A program made the position numbers and the translations under genes. From the NCBI GenBank assembly GCA_963805065.1, contig CAWDSS010000012.1, positions 108,174 through 172,173 on the forward strand: DNA of 64,000 nucleotides, read 5' to 3'. Positions 16,284 through 25,188 of this stretch are shown one piece after another (position 1 is the stretch's first letter; every line of letters starts with the position of its first letter). The notes under the pieces are model-generated. The model searched no databases. It was not told the DNA's origin and was given only the letters and a program-made list of their open reading frames with translations. The DNA comes from Candidatus Omnitrophota bacterium. GTDB lineage: Bacteria > Omnitrophota > Gorgyraeia > Gygaellales > Profunditerraquicolaceae.

Positions 16284-18218
16284 TTAATGTTTAATGTGTA
16301 ATGAGGGAAACTTCCCCAAATCCGTGTGCGGAAAAAACAATGCTGCCATATATTCATCCATGTATACGTTTTCTACTGATAGTTCATAATATGTAATTTT
16401 ACGGGAGATTTCATCTGCCTTTTCAATCGCATCATAAGATAAAAGCATTTGCCGCGCTCCTGCCAAGGAACTATTGCCTACAAACAAAAACTTACTTCTC
16501 TTTAAATCAGGAAGCAGGCCAATAGCTACTGCATTATCCACATTAACGTAAGTTCCAAAACCTCCGGCGATAAATACCTTTTTTATCTCTGAGAAATCAA
16601 GGTTCATGTGCCTGGCTAATGTAGATACGGCAGAATAAATTGCAGCTTTGGCACGCTTTAAGTTTTCAATATCCGGCTCGGTGATTACTATATCGCGGCT
16701 GGAATCAGCTTCCTTTTTAAATACCAGCACAAATTCTTTGCCGAATTCACCCTCTCGTATTCTATCGCGGTGCTGTGCTTTTATTTTTCCGCTTTTATCA
16801 ATAATGCCTGCAGATAACATTGCAGAAATTATGTCTATGTACCCTGAGCCACAAATTCCTCTGGGTAATACATCCTCAATTGTAGAGTAATTGACGCTAA
16901 AGTCTTTAGGGCTAATGCTTACTTTTTGAATTGCACCGTGGCTGGCGCGCATGCCGCAGCTGACGCCGCTACCCTCAAATGCCGGGCCGGCAGAAGCAGC
17001 GCAGGCGATTAAGAAATCTTTGTTCCCTAAGACAATTTCGCCGTTTGTGCCTATATCAATCAAAAGGCTTAAGTCATTTTCTTTGTATAGCCCGCATGAT
17101 AAAACTCCTGACGTTGTATCTCCTCCTACATAGCTGGAAACCCCCGGCACACAAGACAAAAGCCCTCGCGTATTTATCTTAATTCCTGCTTCAGCTGCGC
17201 GCACAGTAGGGACAAAATTTGCCGTCGGGACATAAGGCTCCCGCCTGATAAAAGTAGGATCGACTCTAAGTAAAAGATGAATCATCGTAGTATTGCCGGC
17301 GCAGAGAACGCAATTCACGTCATTAAGGTCTATGTTGTGCTCTTTGGTTAATTCATGAATCATCTGGTTCATGCTGTCGATAACTGCATGGTGCAATTTT
17401 TCCAGGCCTTCTTCTTTTTGCGCATAAATTATACGGCTGATTACATCGCTTCCGAAACTTGCCTGCGTATTATAGGTTGCCCTTGTGCCTAAGACCTTTT
17501 TATTATTCAAGTCTACGAGCTGTCCTGAAATGGTAGTCGTGCCGATATCAAAACACACGCCGAAATTATTTTGCGTAGTATCTCCTGGTTCGATTAGTAC
17601 AATTTCAGCTGTGCCGTTTCTTTTGCCTAATGTAACAGTTACTTTCCAATCCGATAAACGCAGCAATTCTCCTAGGCGGCGAATATTGGTAAGCCCTGTC
17701 TGCATAATGGGAATATCCTGATTGATTCTAATCTGCCTGTATAGCCTTTCTAAATCGCTAACCTTGTCTTTGAGCGTAGGTGGCGGTAATTCCAGGTAAA
17801 TTTTAGTGGCTAAAGGAGAGTGTATAAAAACTTCTTTGCTTGCCGTTGATTCTTTTGCCTCTATTTCTTCCGAGTCGGAATATAGCCCTTTTAGCCTAAG
17901 CTCTAAATCCTGTTGCGACAATTTATCAAAATCCAGCCGGGATTCGGGAAGGACTTCAATTTCCAGGTCGCTTTGCACTGTAGTCAGGCAGGAAAGATGA
18001 ATCCCCTGCCTTCTTTCCTCTAGATTTAACCTGCCTGTGGGCTGTGAAGAAACCTCTCCCTTTTTTACAATTACTTTACAACGGCCGCAAACACCGTCGC
18101 CGCCGCAACTGGAGTTAATATAAACACCCGCAGAAATGGCAGCAGAAAGTATGGACTTGCCTTTCTCTACTTCTATTGTCTTATTATCCGGATAAAAAGT
18201 TACCTTAAATTTTTCCAT
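16284..18218 (-). CDS. reductive activator of corrinoid/Fe-S protein (RACo/AcsV-like; 2Fe-2S ferredoxin + ASKHA ATPase)
   Basis: N-terminal plant-type ferredoxin SCGGDGVCGRCKV, then an ASKHA-fold ATPase (DIGTTT, DIGTNGE, GGFG). About 640 aa, inside the acs cluster. Confidence 0.8.
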   Translation of the reverse strand: MEKFKVTFYPDNKTIEVEKGKSILSAAISAGVYINSSCGGDGVCGRCKVIVKKGEVSSQPTGRLNLEERRQGIHLSCLTTVQSDLEIEVLPESRLDFDKLSQQDLELRLKGLYSDSEEIEAKESTASKEVFIHSPLATKIYLELPPPTLKDKVSDLERLYRQIRINQDIPIMQTGLTNIRRLGELLRLSDWKVTVTLGKRNGTAEIVLIEPGDTTQNNFGVCFDIGTTTISGQLVDLNNKKVLGTRATYNTQASFGSDVISRIIYAQKEEGLEKLHHAVIDSMNQMIHELTKEHNIDLNDVNCVLCAGNTTMIHLLLRVDPTFIRREPYVPTANFVPTVRAAEAGIKINTRGLLSCVPGVSSYVGGDTTSGVLSCGLYKENDLSLLIDIGTNGEIVLGNKDFLIACAASAGPAFEGSGVSCGMRASHGAIQKVSISPKDFSVNYSTIEDVLPRGICGSGYIDIISAMLSAGIIDKSGKIKAQHRDRIREGEFGKEFVLVFKKEADSSRDIVITEPDIENLKRAKAAIYSAVSTLARHMNLDFSEIKKVFIAGGFGTYVNVDNAVAIGLLPDLKRSKFLFVGNSSLAGARQMLLSYDAIEKADEISRKITYYELSVENVYMDEYMAALFFPHTDLGKFPSLHIKH

Positions 18219-18221
18219 CTC

Positions 18222-19550
18222 TCACAAATTTTTTAAAAATGACGGTATCCCAGCTGCTTCTTTCGGGCCAACGATTATCTGCCAGCCGGATTTTTCTTCC
18301 AGGTCTCCGCTCATTACCGCAACATAGCCGGGAATAATCAGCCTTGTATGCGAAACTTGTTCTTTTACCTGGAATTTATTAATTGTATCTGCTATTTTAT
18401 CAGGCGTAAATTTCTCGGCAGCCCAGGCAGTCAAGACTGACATTCCTTCGGTATCAACGCTTAAGATGTAAGACGGGATCTTACTGGCTTCTACTTCTCC
18501 CAGTACTGTATAATAACTGAGCGAAAAATTTGTCGTCACAAGCACTGGAGATTTTTCATTCGCCTGACCCACAGGATAAAGCTTCGGCTCAATTTGCAAT
18601 GGCTTTTGAGGATCAGTATAAATATTCTGCCTCAAGGTTAAAAGAGACAATGCCTGCCATGATTCAATACTTTTAATTAAAACAATGCCGCAATATTTTG
18701 CAATATAGGTGGCTGCTTCCATTGCTTCTTCATAAGGATCATTTCTATCAACTATCGCCATGAAAGGGTAACCTAAGTTTCTATTTGATTTTTTAAGCGC
18801 CTGGCGCCTGCTTTGAGTTAAATCCCAAATTTTATCAGAGATGGATTTCTTTCCTGTATCCAGCACCAAGTCAGCCGCTCCCAACTTGCTTAATTCAGCT
18901 GCCAGATTAGAAACCTCTTCTAAATCCGCTCCCGAAACAACCAGGGGGACTTTAAATTGTTGCGCCAATTTAGAAAATTGCGTAATATTGTCTTTTGTTG
19001 CGCAATATACTAATGGTTTTTTTGCAGACGTTATTTCCAAGGCTGCCTTTATTGCTGTTAAATCCTCACTCATTAGTACCAATGCAAAAGGAGTATTAGC
19101 CAAAATGAGTTTTACCGCTTCCTGAAACCGCTTTGCGTCTTTAGTTTGCTTCACGGCAACCAGGCTTACTTCGATCTTCTGGCCCACGCGCTCGAATTTA
19201 AGCTTATTTATGTTTTCTAATTTTTGTTTAATCTCAGAGTCGGATAGCTTATCTTCAATAATAAAGCCGATACCGCAGGGACGGAAGAATTTTTCTTCGT
19301 GGCGAAACATTACTGTTTCATTGCCTATTTCTAATTTATTCTCACCCTCTCCTATGGTAATTAACTTAATCGGGGGAAGACTGGATGCTTCAAGGACCTC
19401 TCTAACTTCATCGCTTATATGGGGGCATTTATCAATACTTACCTGCTTTTTAGCCAATGCCATGGCAAACGCGAGGCACGTAGGAAACCCGCATTCACGG
19501 CAATTAGTTTTCTTTAAGAGTTTATAGATATCCAAACCTGAAAGCGCCAT
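18222..19550 (-). CDS. acsC: corrinoid/iron-sulfur protein large subunit (CFeSP gamma, AcsC/CdhE-like)
   Basis: N-terminal 4Fe-4S motif CRECGFPTCLAFAMALA...CP, then the TIM-barrel and corrinoid-binding parts. 442 aa. Confidence 0.85.
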   Translation of the reverse strand: MALSGLDIYKLLKKTNCRECGFPTCLAFAMALAKKQVSIDKCPHISDEVREVLEASSLPPIKLITIGEGENKLEIGNETVMFRHEEKFFRPCGIGFIIEDKLSDSEIKQKLENINKLKFERVGQKIEVSLVAVKQTKDAKRFQEAVKLILANTPFALVLMSEDLTAIKAALEITSAKKPLVYCATKDNITQFSKLAQQFKVPLVVSGADLEEVSNLAAELSKLGAADLVLDTGKKSISDKIWDLTQSRRQALKKSNRNLGYPFMAIVDRNDPYEEAMEAATYIAKYCGIVLIKSIESWQALSLLTLRQNIYTDPQKPLQIEPKLYPVGQANEKSPVLVTTNFSLSYYTVLGEVEASKIPSYILSVDTEGMSVLTAWAAEKFTPDKIADTINKFQVKEQVSHTRLIIPGYVAVMSGDLEEKSGWQIIVGPKEAAGIPSFLKNL

Positions 19551-19561
19551 CTTCTCTCCTC

Positions 19562-20023
19562 TTAGTTGTAAATTGTAAGATTAAAAATTGTTATTGGATT
19601 TACCTTAAACAGTTCTTTTGCAAACTCTTCTGAATCTTTATGCCCCTTAAGGCAATGCAACCTTTCTAATAAGTTCTCTTTTAATTCTAATTCCAGCGAC
19701 CTTCCGGTTAGCTTATTATGGAATTGTATGCGCATTAGTGAACCGTCGAATTTATTAATGTTACCCTTACCGTAAGTAGCGCCCGTAGAAAGCTGCAGCC
19801 CGTCGATAATGCAGGATTTAGGTTTCCTATTTGCCCCCCAAACCTTTACTTCCAAACCGAAATATTTTTTAGTTTTTAGTTTACTAAGGGCTAATGACCC
19901 TGCCAGGATTCCCAGCACTAAATACGGGCCTAAATGCCCGTGAAAATCTACAGCCCTATTTAACAAGTTAGATTTTTTGTTTTTTGCATTGTACTTTTGA
20001 CTTTTTGCTTTTAACTTTTGCAT
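19562..20023 (-). CDS. FmdE-family protein
   Basis: FHGHLGPYLVLGILAG and CIIDGLQLSTGATYGKGN are typical of the FmdE domain. The Lys-rich N-terminal 17 aa are encoded by a dispersed T-rich heptad motif (19992..20019). The ATG is coupled to the larB stop. Confidence 0.7.
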   Translation of the reverse strand: MQKLKAKSQKYNAKNKKSNLLNRAVDFHGHLGPYLVLGILAGSLALSKLKTKKYFGLEVKVWGANRKPKSCIIDGLQLSTGATYGKGNINKFDGSLMRIQFHNKLTGRSLELELKENLLERLHCLKGHKDSEEFAKELFKVNPITIFNLTIYN

Positions 20024-20024
20024 T

Positions 20025-20693
20025 TTATCTATTTATCAAACTTGCCAAATAGCCTGCGCCAAAACCATTATCAATATTTACTACGGCTACTCCCGGAGAG
20101 CAACTGTTAAGCATGGTTAATAAAGCGGATAATCCGCCGAAATTTGCTCCATACCCGCAGCTGGAAGGCACAGCTACAACAGGACACTTAACCAAACCGC
20201 TGACTATACTGGCTAAGGCACCTTCCATACCGGCAACAACAACAATTACCTGAGCTTTTTTTATTACTTCTTCACTGTGTATTAAACGGTGCACCCCGGC
20301 TACACCCACATCATAAAGCTTTATCACTTTATTACCCATAACTTGCGAGGTAACTGCAGCCTCTTCAGCTACCGGCAAGTCAGAAGTGCCTGCGCAAATT
20401 ACAACAATCAGGCCTTTTTTTACAATACGAGTATTTCGCGAAACAAAACCCAATTTTGCCAGTGAATTATATTTTAAGCGCGGGATAGACTTCTTAAGGT
20501 AAGAAAATATTTGCTTGTCTAACCTAGTAAGTAATAAGTCCTGTTTATTCCTGATTAATTCCCGGGAAATTTTCTTAAGATGAGCCTTTGTTTTTCCCGG
20601 GCAGTATATTACTTCTGCAAAGCCTCTTCTCTTCTGCCTATCTATATCAACCTTGGCAAAACCAAGGTCACAAAATCCTTGCTTTTTAGACAT
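20025..20693 (-). CDS. larB: nickel-pincer cofactor biosynthesis protein LarB (AIR-carboxylase family)
   Basis: RRGFAEVIYCPGKT, ICAGTSDLPVAEEA, VVAGMEGALASIVSG, VAVPSSCGYGA. Confidence 0.8.
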   Translation of the reverse strand: MSKKQGFCDLGFAKVDIDRQKRRGFAEVIYCPGKTKAHLKKISRELIRNKQDLLLTRLDKQIFSYLKKSIPRLKYNSLAKLGFVSRNTRIVKKGLIVVICAGTSDLPVAEEAAVTSQVMGNKVIKLYDVGVAGVHRLIHSEEVIKKAQVIVVVAGMEGALASIVSGLVKCPVVAVPSSCGYGANFGGLSALLTMLNSCSPGVAVVNIDNGFGAGYLASLINR

Positions 20694-20733
20694 TATTTCA
20701 TTAACTATAATTACTAATGTCCGAATGTCTAAT

Positions 20734-20794
20734 AAAGGGGACGTTTCTATTTTTAACGTTTCCTAATCAGAAGAAAAATAGAAACGTCCCCTTT
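20734..20794. repeat. palindromic REP/MITE-like element, copy 2
   Basis: aaaggggacgtttctattttt - 19-nt loop - aaaaatagaaacgtccccttt, a perfect 21-bp stem. The loop is the reverse complement (1 mismatch) of the loop at 14520..14538. Flanked by a CATTAGGATTTA direct repeat. Confidence 0.85.
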
Positions 20795-20842
20795 ATTTTA
20801 GAATTAAACATTAGGATTTAGTCATTAGGATTTATTACGGAA

Positions 20843-21154
20843 TTAGTATCCCTGAAAAATAATAACAACCAGCAAAGCAATAATCAAGACAGCCAGGATA
20901 TAAAAATCATTAAAATAGAAGAAATCGCTAATCCTGTCCCTGAAGGTATATTTTTGCGCAACATAACTCTTTATCAGAATACCCTTATTTGACTTCTGAA
21001 ACTCCTGCAGCTGCTCTTTCCTGAACCTAAGGTACACACCGCCAATTTTATAAGCGGGTATAGCCCCGCTTTCTGCCAAATTAACCACTTCTTTTTCAGA
21101 AATACCAAATAACAAAGAAACATCCCTTACGGTTAAAAGCTTCTCTTCGCTCAT
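20843..21154 (-). CDS. membrane-anchored excisionase-type (HTH_17/MerR-like) DNA-binding protein
   Basis: The N-terminal LLTVRDVSLLFGISEKEVVNLAESGAIPAYKIGGVYLRFRKEQLQEF matches the Xis-type HTH. C-terminal TM helix FYILAVLIIALLVVIIF. Confidence 0.65.
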   Translation of the reverse strand: MSEEKLLTVRDVSLLFGISEKEVVNLAESGAIPAYKIGGVYLRFRKEQLQEFQKSNKGILIKSYVAQKYTFRDRISDFFYFNDFYILAVLIIALLVVIIFQGY

Positions 21155-21195
21155 AGTTTAGATTATATAAATTTTATCCGTTTTTAAAATATAGC

Positions 21196-21699
21196 TCAAA
21201 TTTTTATTTTACCGGAGGCAACCCATGAATCTATAGCCTTTCTTTCAAACCTCCACTCATTCCCTTCTTTGACTCCCGGAACTTTCCCGGAGTTAGCCCA
21301 TTCCATAATAGAATTTGAATCCACTTCCAGGTACCTGGCGAGTTCCTGGGCATTCAAGAAGTCATGAAGCATGGAACAATCGCCTTCAAATATTGCTCCC
21401 TCTGCGACATTTAATTTTGCCGGATAAATATTGCCCTCTACTACCGCAGTAGGTAAAAGCGTCAGCCTTTCCTTGGCAGTGATTCGGCCCTTGACTCTTC
21501 CGCCAATGATTATGTTATCTCCTACGATATCGGCGAAAACTATAGCGCTAGGGCCTATAGTAAGACTGCCTTTAGCCTCTAAAGTACCTTCAAATTTTCC
21601 GTTGATGCGTAAATTCACCGGATCCTTAAAAGTTAGGGTACCCTGCATAGAAGCATCTACATCAAGAATTTTTTCCTCTATATTCTTCTTAAAGGCCAT
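21196..21699 (-). CDS. bactofilin domain fused to C-terminal excisionase-type HTH
   Basis: Bactofilin beta-helix repeats (INGKFEGTLEAKGSLTIGPSAIVFADIVGDNIIIGGRVKGRITAKERLTLLPTAVVEGNIYPAKLNVAEGAIFEGDCSM), followed by LNAQELARYLEVDSNSIMEWANSGKVPGVKEGNEWRFERKAIDSW. Confidence 0.75.
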   Translation of the reverse strand: MAFKKNIEEKILDVDASMQGTLTFKDPVNLRINGKFEGTLEAKGSLTIGPSAIVFADIVGDNIIIGGRVKGRITAKERLTLLPTAVVEGNIYPAKLNVAEGAIFEGDCSMLHDFLNAQELARYLEVDSNSIMEWANSGKVPGVKEGNEWRFERKAIDSWVASGKIKI

Positions 21700-22156
21700 T
21701 CTTCACCTCCTTTTTTTGATGTTCTTCTCTGCCGAAAATTATTCCTTCAACGTATCTTAGAAAGAACAGTACAATCAATGCTAATGCGGTTGTTATAATA
21801 CTGGCAGTATAAAACCCTATTCCTACCGATAAACCGATAGCAGCCACAATCCACAGGCTAGCAGCGGTTGTAAGGCCTTTTACATTCTCGCTATCCCTGA
21901 TTATTGCCCCTGCCCCCAGGAAACCTATGCCTGTAATAACTCCGGCAGCGATACGGGCAGGATCTAACGATGTCTTACCATTATATATATCAAAAACAAA
22001 TAGCGATGTCAACATGATAAGGCAGGAACCCAGGCACACCAAGATGTGGGTACGAAGCCCAGCAGTTCTTCTGTGAATCTGCCGTTCTAGGCCGATAAGG
22101 CCACTTAAAAACACAGACAAAATTAAGCGTAAAAAAATCTGCCCGTCAGTAAGCAT
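21689..22156 (-). CDS. mgtC: MgtC/SapB family membrane protein
   Basis: 155 aa. GLERQIHRRTAGLRTH, GITGIGFLGAGAI, GLTTAASLW. Confidence 0.8.
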   Translation of the reverse strand: MLTDGQIFLRLILSVFLSGLIGLERQIHRRTAGLRTHILVCLGSCLIMLTSLFVFDIYNGKTSLDPARIAAGVITGIGFLGAGAIIRDSENVKGLTTAASLWIVAAIGLSVGIGFYTASIITTALALIVLFFLRYVEGIIFGREEHQKKEVKNGL

Positions 22157-23123
22157 GTTGCCTCCTTGCGCATTTTAATCCTTTTTTAAATAACTGGTAA
22201 CCAAAACCTGCCACCATTGCTGCGTTATCCATGCAAAATTGCTTTTCCGGAAAATGACAAACAATATTCTTGTGAATGGCTGCCTCAAGAAACTTTTCTC
22301 TTAGCCTGTTATTCGCTACCACCCCTCCGCCAATAAGCAGGCTGCTTGTTTTCTTTGCCTTGCATGCTGCAAATGATTTGTTAATCAGTGTGTTTATAAC
22401 TGCCTCCTGAAATGAAGCGGCAATATCCTTTTTGTCGTCTGCGCTGATTAGATTTTTTTTGGTATAGTACAACACTGCAGTCTTGATTCCGCTAAAGCTA
22501 AAATCAAAAGCGCCTTTAGTCCCCGAACAGTTGAATTTTATTTTCTTTGAGTTTCCCTTTTTAGCCAGCTTTTCAATAAGTGGCCCACCCGGATAACCTA
22601 GCCCCAGAATTTTAGCTACTTTATCGAATGCCTCGCCACAGGCATCATCGAGCGTCTCACCCAGAATCTTTATCTTATCAAAATCCCTGACGTAAAATAA
22701 ACTGGTGTGCCCTCCTGATACAACTAAAGCCACAAAAGGAAACTTTACAGCAGCCCTATTTAAAAAATTTGCATAGATATGGCTATATGTGTGATTAACG
22801 CCCACTAAGGGTATATTTAAACTAAGACCTATGGCTTTAGCGAATGATATTCCCACTAATAAAGAACCCAGTAAACCGGGACTACTAGTCACGCTTATTA
22901 AATCTAAGTCTTTTAGGCCAATCCTTGCCTGTTTTAACGCACTGTCTGAAACGCTGGTAATTGTTTCCAGCTGCATGCGCGAGGCAATCTCCGGAATTAC
23001 GCCTCCGTATTTTTTATGAAATAAAAGGCTGGAGCTGACCTCACAAGAAAGCACATTCCTACCGTTTTCAACTATAGAAGCTGAAGTCTCATCGCAGGAT
23101 GTCTCGATGCCCAAACAATACAT
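22146..23123 (-). CDS. tsaD: tRNA N6-adenosine threonylcarbamoyltransferase
   Basis: LGIETSCDETS, GVNHTYSHI, SGGHT, LDDACGEAFDKVA, GGGVVAN. Confidence 0.9.
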   Translation of the reverse strand: MYCLGIETSCDETSASIVENGRNVLSCEVSSSLLFHKKYGGVIPEIASRMQLETITSVSDSALKQARIGLKDLDLISVTSSPGLLGSLLVGISFAKAIGLSLNIPLVGVNHTYSHIYANFLNRAAVKFPFVALVVSGGHTSLFYVRDFDKIKILGETLDDACGEAFDKVAKILGLGYPGGPLIEKLAKKGNSKKIKFNCSGTKGAFDFSFSGIKTAVLYYTKKNLISADDKKDIAASFQEAVINTLINKSFAACKAKKTSSLLIGGGVVANNRLREKFLEAAIHKNIVCHFPEKQFCMDNAAMVAGFGYQLFKKGLKCARRQHAY

Positions 23124-23905
23124 TATCTTACAACCTCCGAAAGGTAGACAAACTTAAACCCTTCTTTTTCCAGCTGCGGCATTACTTCTTTTAAAACCTG
23201 CAGGGTGATTTTGCGGTCATGCCCGATTCCTACGGCATATCCCTTATTGCCTGCGCGAACCTTTAATTTATAAATCTGCTGCCTGATATATTCCGGTTCT
23301 TCCGTATTATCCAGGAATACGTCTCTGGCAGCAAAAGGGATTCCGGCCTTACGGGATAACTCAAAACAAACTGATTTAGGAGTAACAAAACTATCCAGAA
23401 AAAACATGTGTTTATTTTTTAATTCCCTGAATACAATCTCCATAACTCTCCTATCCGCGGTAGCGCTTGAGCCCATATGGTTTGAAACCCCATCTGCAAA
23501 AACTAAGTCAAATAAATCCGTGTCAACGATTTTTTTTATGTCCTGTTCATTTAGAGATGTCAAAATGGTGTTTTTTTCCAGCCGGAATTTTTCGGTCGGC
23601 TCCATGGGTAGATGCAGGATAATTTCAAAACCGTGATTATGTAAATCCTTTGCAACCTGCTTCGAATAATACAAATTAGGAAGTATTGATGCGGTAACCG
23701 GGTATTTTATTTGTAATGCGATAGGAATGTTATTCAGATTATAACCCCAGTCATCTAACACTATAGCAATCCGGCCTTTAAGAGCTTTAACCACAGGGGC
23801 CTTTAGAGGTTTTTTAGGCGGCTTCCTAGCCGAAATAACCATCCACTGCAGGACAATAATCACTAATAATATACCTAAAGTTATCTTGTAGGCTAAATTT
23901 TTCAT
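23123..23905 (-). CDS. divergent polysaccharide deacetylase family protein (YibQ-like)
   Basis: N-terminal TM, IAIVLDDWGYN, HLPMEP, SNHMGS. Confidence 0.7.
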   Translation of the reverse strand: MKNLAYKITLGILLVIIVLQWMVISARKPPKKPLKAPVVKALKGRIAIVLDDWGYNLNNIPIALQIKYPVTASILPNLYYSKQVAKDLHNHGFEIILHLPMEPTEKFRLEKNTILTSLNEQDIKKIVDTDLFDLVFADGVSNHMGSSATADRRVMEIVFRELKNKHMFFLDSFVTPKSVCFELSRKAGIPFAARDVFLDNTEEPEYIRQQIYKLKVRAGNKGYAVGIGHDRKITLQVLKEVMPQLEKEGFKFVYLSEVVR

Positions 23906-25188
23906 TATTGCGTCTTTTGCCCTTTGCAGAATTTCATTGCCTTTAAAACATCTACCGCTCGCATAATTTGATTATCGGATTTATAATCGAAACCCTTCTC
24001 TTCTTTTTCTTTTGCCGGCTGATCCTTATTTTCTATTTTCTCAAATATATCTTTGGGGGACTCGGGCTTTAATTCCTTTGCCTCTTCAAGCTCAATTTTT
24101 CCTTCTTCAACAACAATATCCGGGATAACGCCTTTTCCGTGAATGACGTTTCCCAAGGGCGTAAAATACTTGGCAGTAGTCAGCCTTAACGCTGAACCAT
24201 CCCTTAAAGGAATTACCGTCTGTACAGAGCCTTTGCCAAAGGATTTTGTGCCCATGATTATCGCCCGTTTGTAATCCTGCAGGCAGCCTGCGACAATCTC
24301 GCTACCTGAAGCAGAGCCTTCATTAATCAATACCACCATGGGTAAGGCTGTAATTGGATGGTTCGCATGCGCCGAATACTTAACGTCCTGCGAAGGCTTG
24401 CGGCCTTTTGTATAAACCACTAATTTCCCCTTATCAATGAATTTTTCTGCTACTTTTACAGCTATATCCAGCAGGCCTCCCGGATTATTACGCAAATCCA
24501 GAATCAGGCCATTCATGCCCTGTTTAGTCAGCGCTTCCAGGCTTACATCTATATCCTGGCTGGTATTTTCCCTGAATTCAACCAACCTGATATAACCTAT
24601 ACCATCTTCCAGGATCTTTGATTCTTTGATGTCTTTAATTTTGATAATGTCGCGCACAATTTTGAATTCCAGGACTTTATTATCTGATTCGCGTAATATT
24701 GTAATATTCACTGCTTCACCGGCTTTGCCTCTCAGCCTCTTTACTGCATCAGACAGCGTCATATCACGCGTTAATTCATTATTGATTTTAACAATCCTGT
24801 CATTTGACTTTAATTTGGCTTGCCAGGCGGGCGTACCTTCTATCGGTGTAATGACTGTCAATAAACCGTCCTTAACTGTAATTTCAATGCCTATCCCGCC
24901 GAATTTACCCTCTGTATCGACTTTTAATTCGTTGTAGGTATCCGGATCCATGAATTGGCTGTGTGGATCCAAAGCTCCCAGCAATCCTTTCAATGCTCCG
25001 TAAATTAAATCTTTGGGCGCAACCTCATCTACGTATTCCGACTGTATAATTGCCAACGAATCAGAAAACAACTCAACCTGGCTGAACAACTCATTCTGTT
25101 TTTTCTTATCAGCTGCAGAAAATGCAAATGAGGCAAAGGCAATAATGCTCACCGATACTATCAAAGAAATAATTATTCTATTACGCAT
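23905..25188 (-). CDS. carboxy-terminal processing protease (S41, PDZ-containing)
   Basis: Signal/anchor, PDZ (GIGIEITVKDGLLTVITPIEGTPAWQAKL), LILDLRNNPGG, NEGSASGSEIVAGCLQD, GTKSFGKGS. Confidence 0.85.
   Translation of the reverse strand: MRNRIIISLIVSVSIIAFASFAFSAADKKKQNELFSQVELFSDSLAIIQSEYVDEVAPKDLIYGALKGLLGALDPHSQFMDPDTYNELKVDTEGKFGGIGIEITVKDGLLTVITPIEGTPAWQAKLKSNDRIVKINNELTRDMTLSDAVKRLRGKAGEAVNITILRESDNKVLEFKIVRDIIKIKDIKESKILEDGIGYIRLVEFRENTSQDIDVSLEALTKQGMNGLILDLRNNPGGLLDIAVKVAEKFIDKGKLVVYTKGRKPSQDVKYSAHANHPITALPMVVLINEGSASGSEIVAGCLQDYKRAIIMGTKSFGKGSVQTVIPLRDGSALRLTTAKYFTPLGNVIHGKGVIPDIVVEEGKIELEEAKELKPESPKDIFEKIENKDQPAKEKEEKGFDYKSDNQIMRAVDVLKAMKFCKGQKTQ

Noticed and set aside
16268-16357. 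30-aa N-terminal extension of the CooC ORF. Similar extensions exist at 2203..2283 (thymidylate synthase), 51118..51189 (immunity candidate), 40276..40350 (RHH) and 30491..30517 (secretin).
   Set aside because: The extensions overlap the 3' ends of upstream genes or non-coding structure. Internal Met codons coincide with the conserved protein N-termini and have Shine-Dalgarno sequences.
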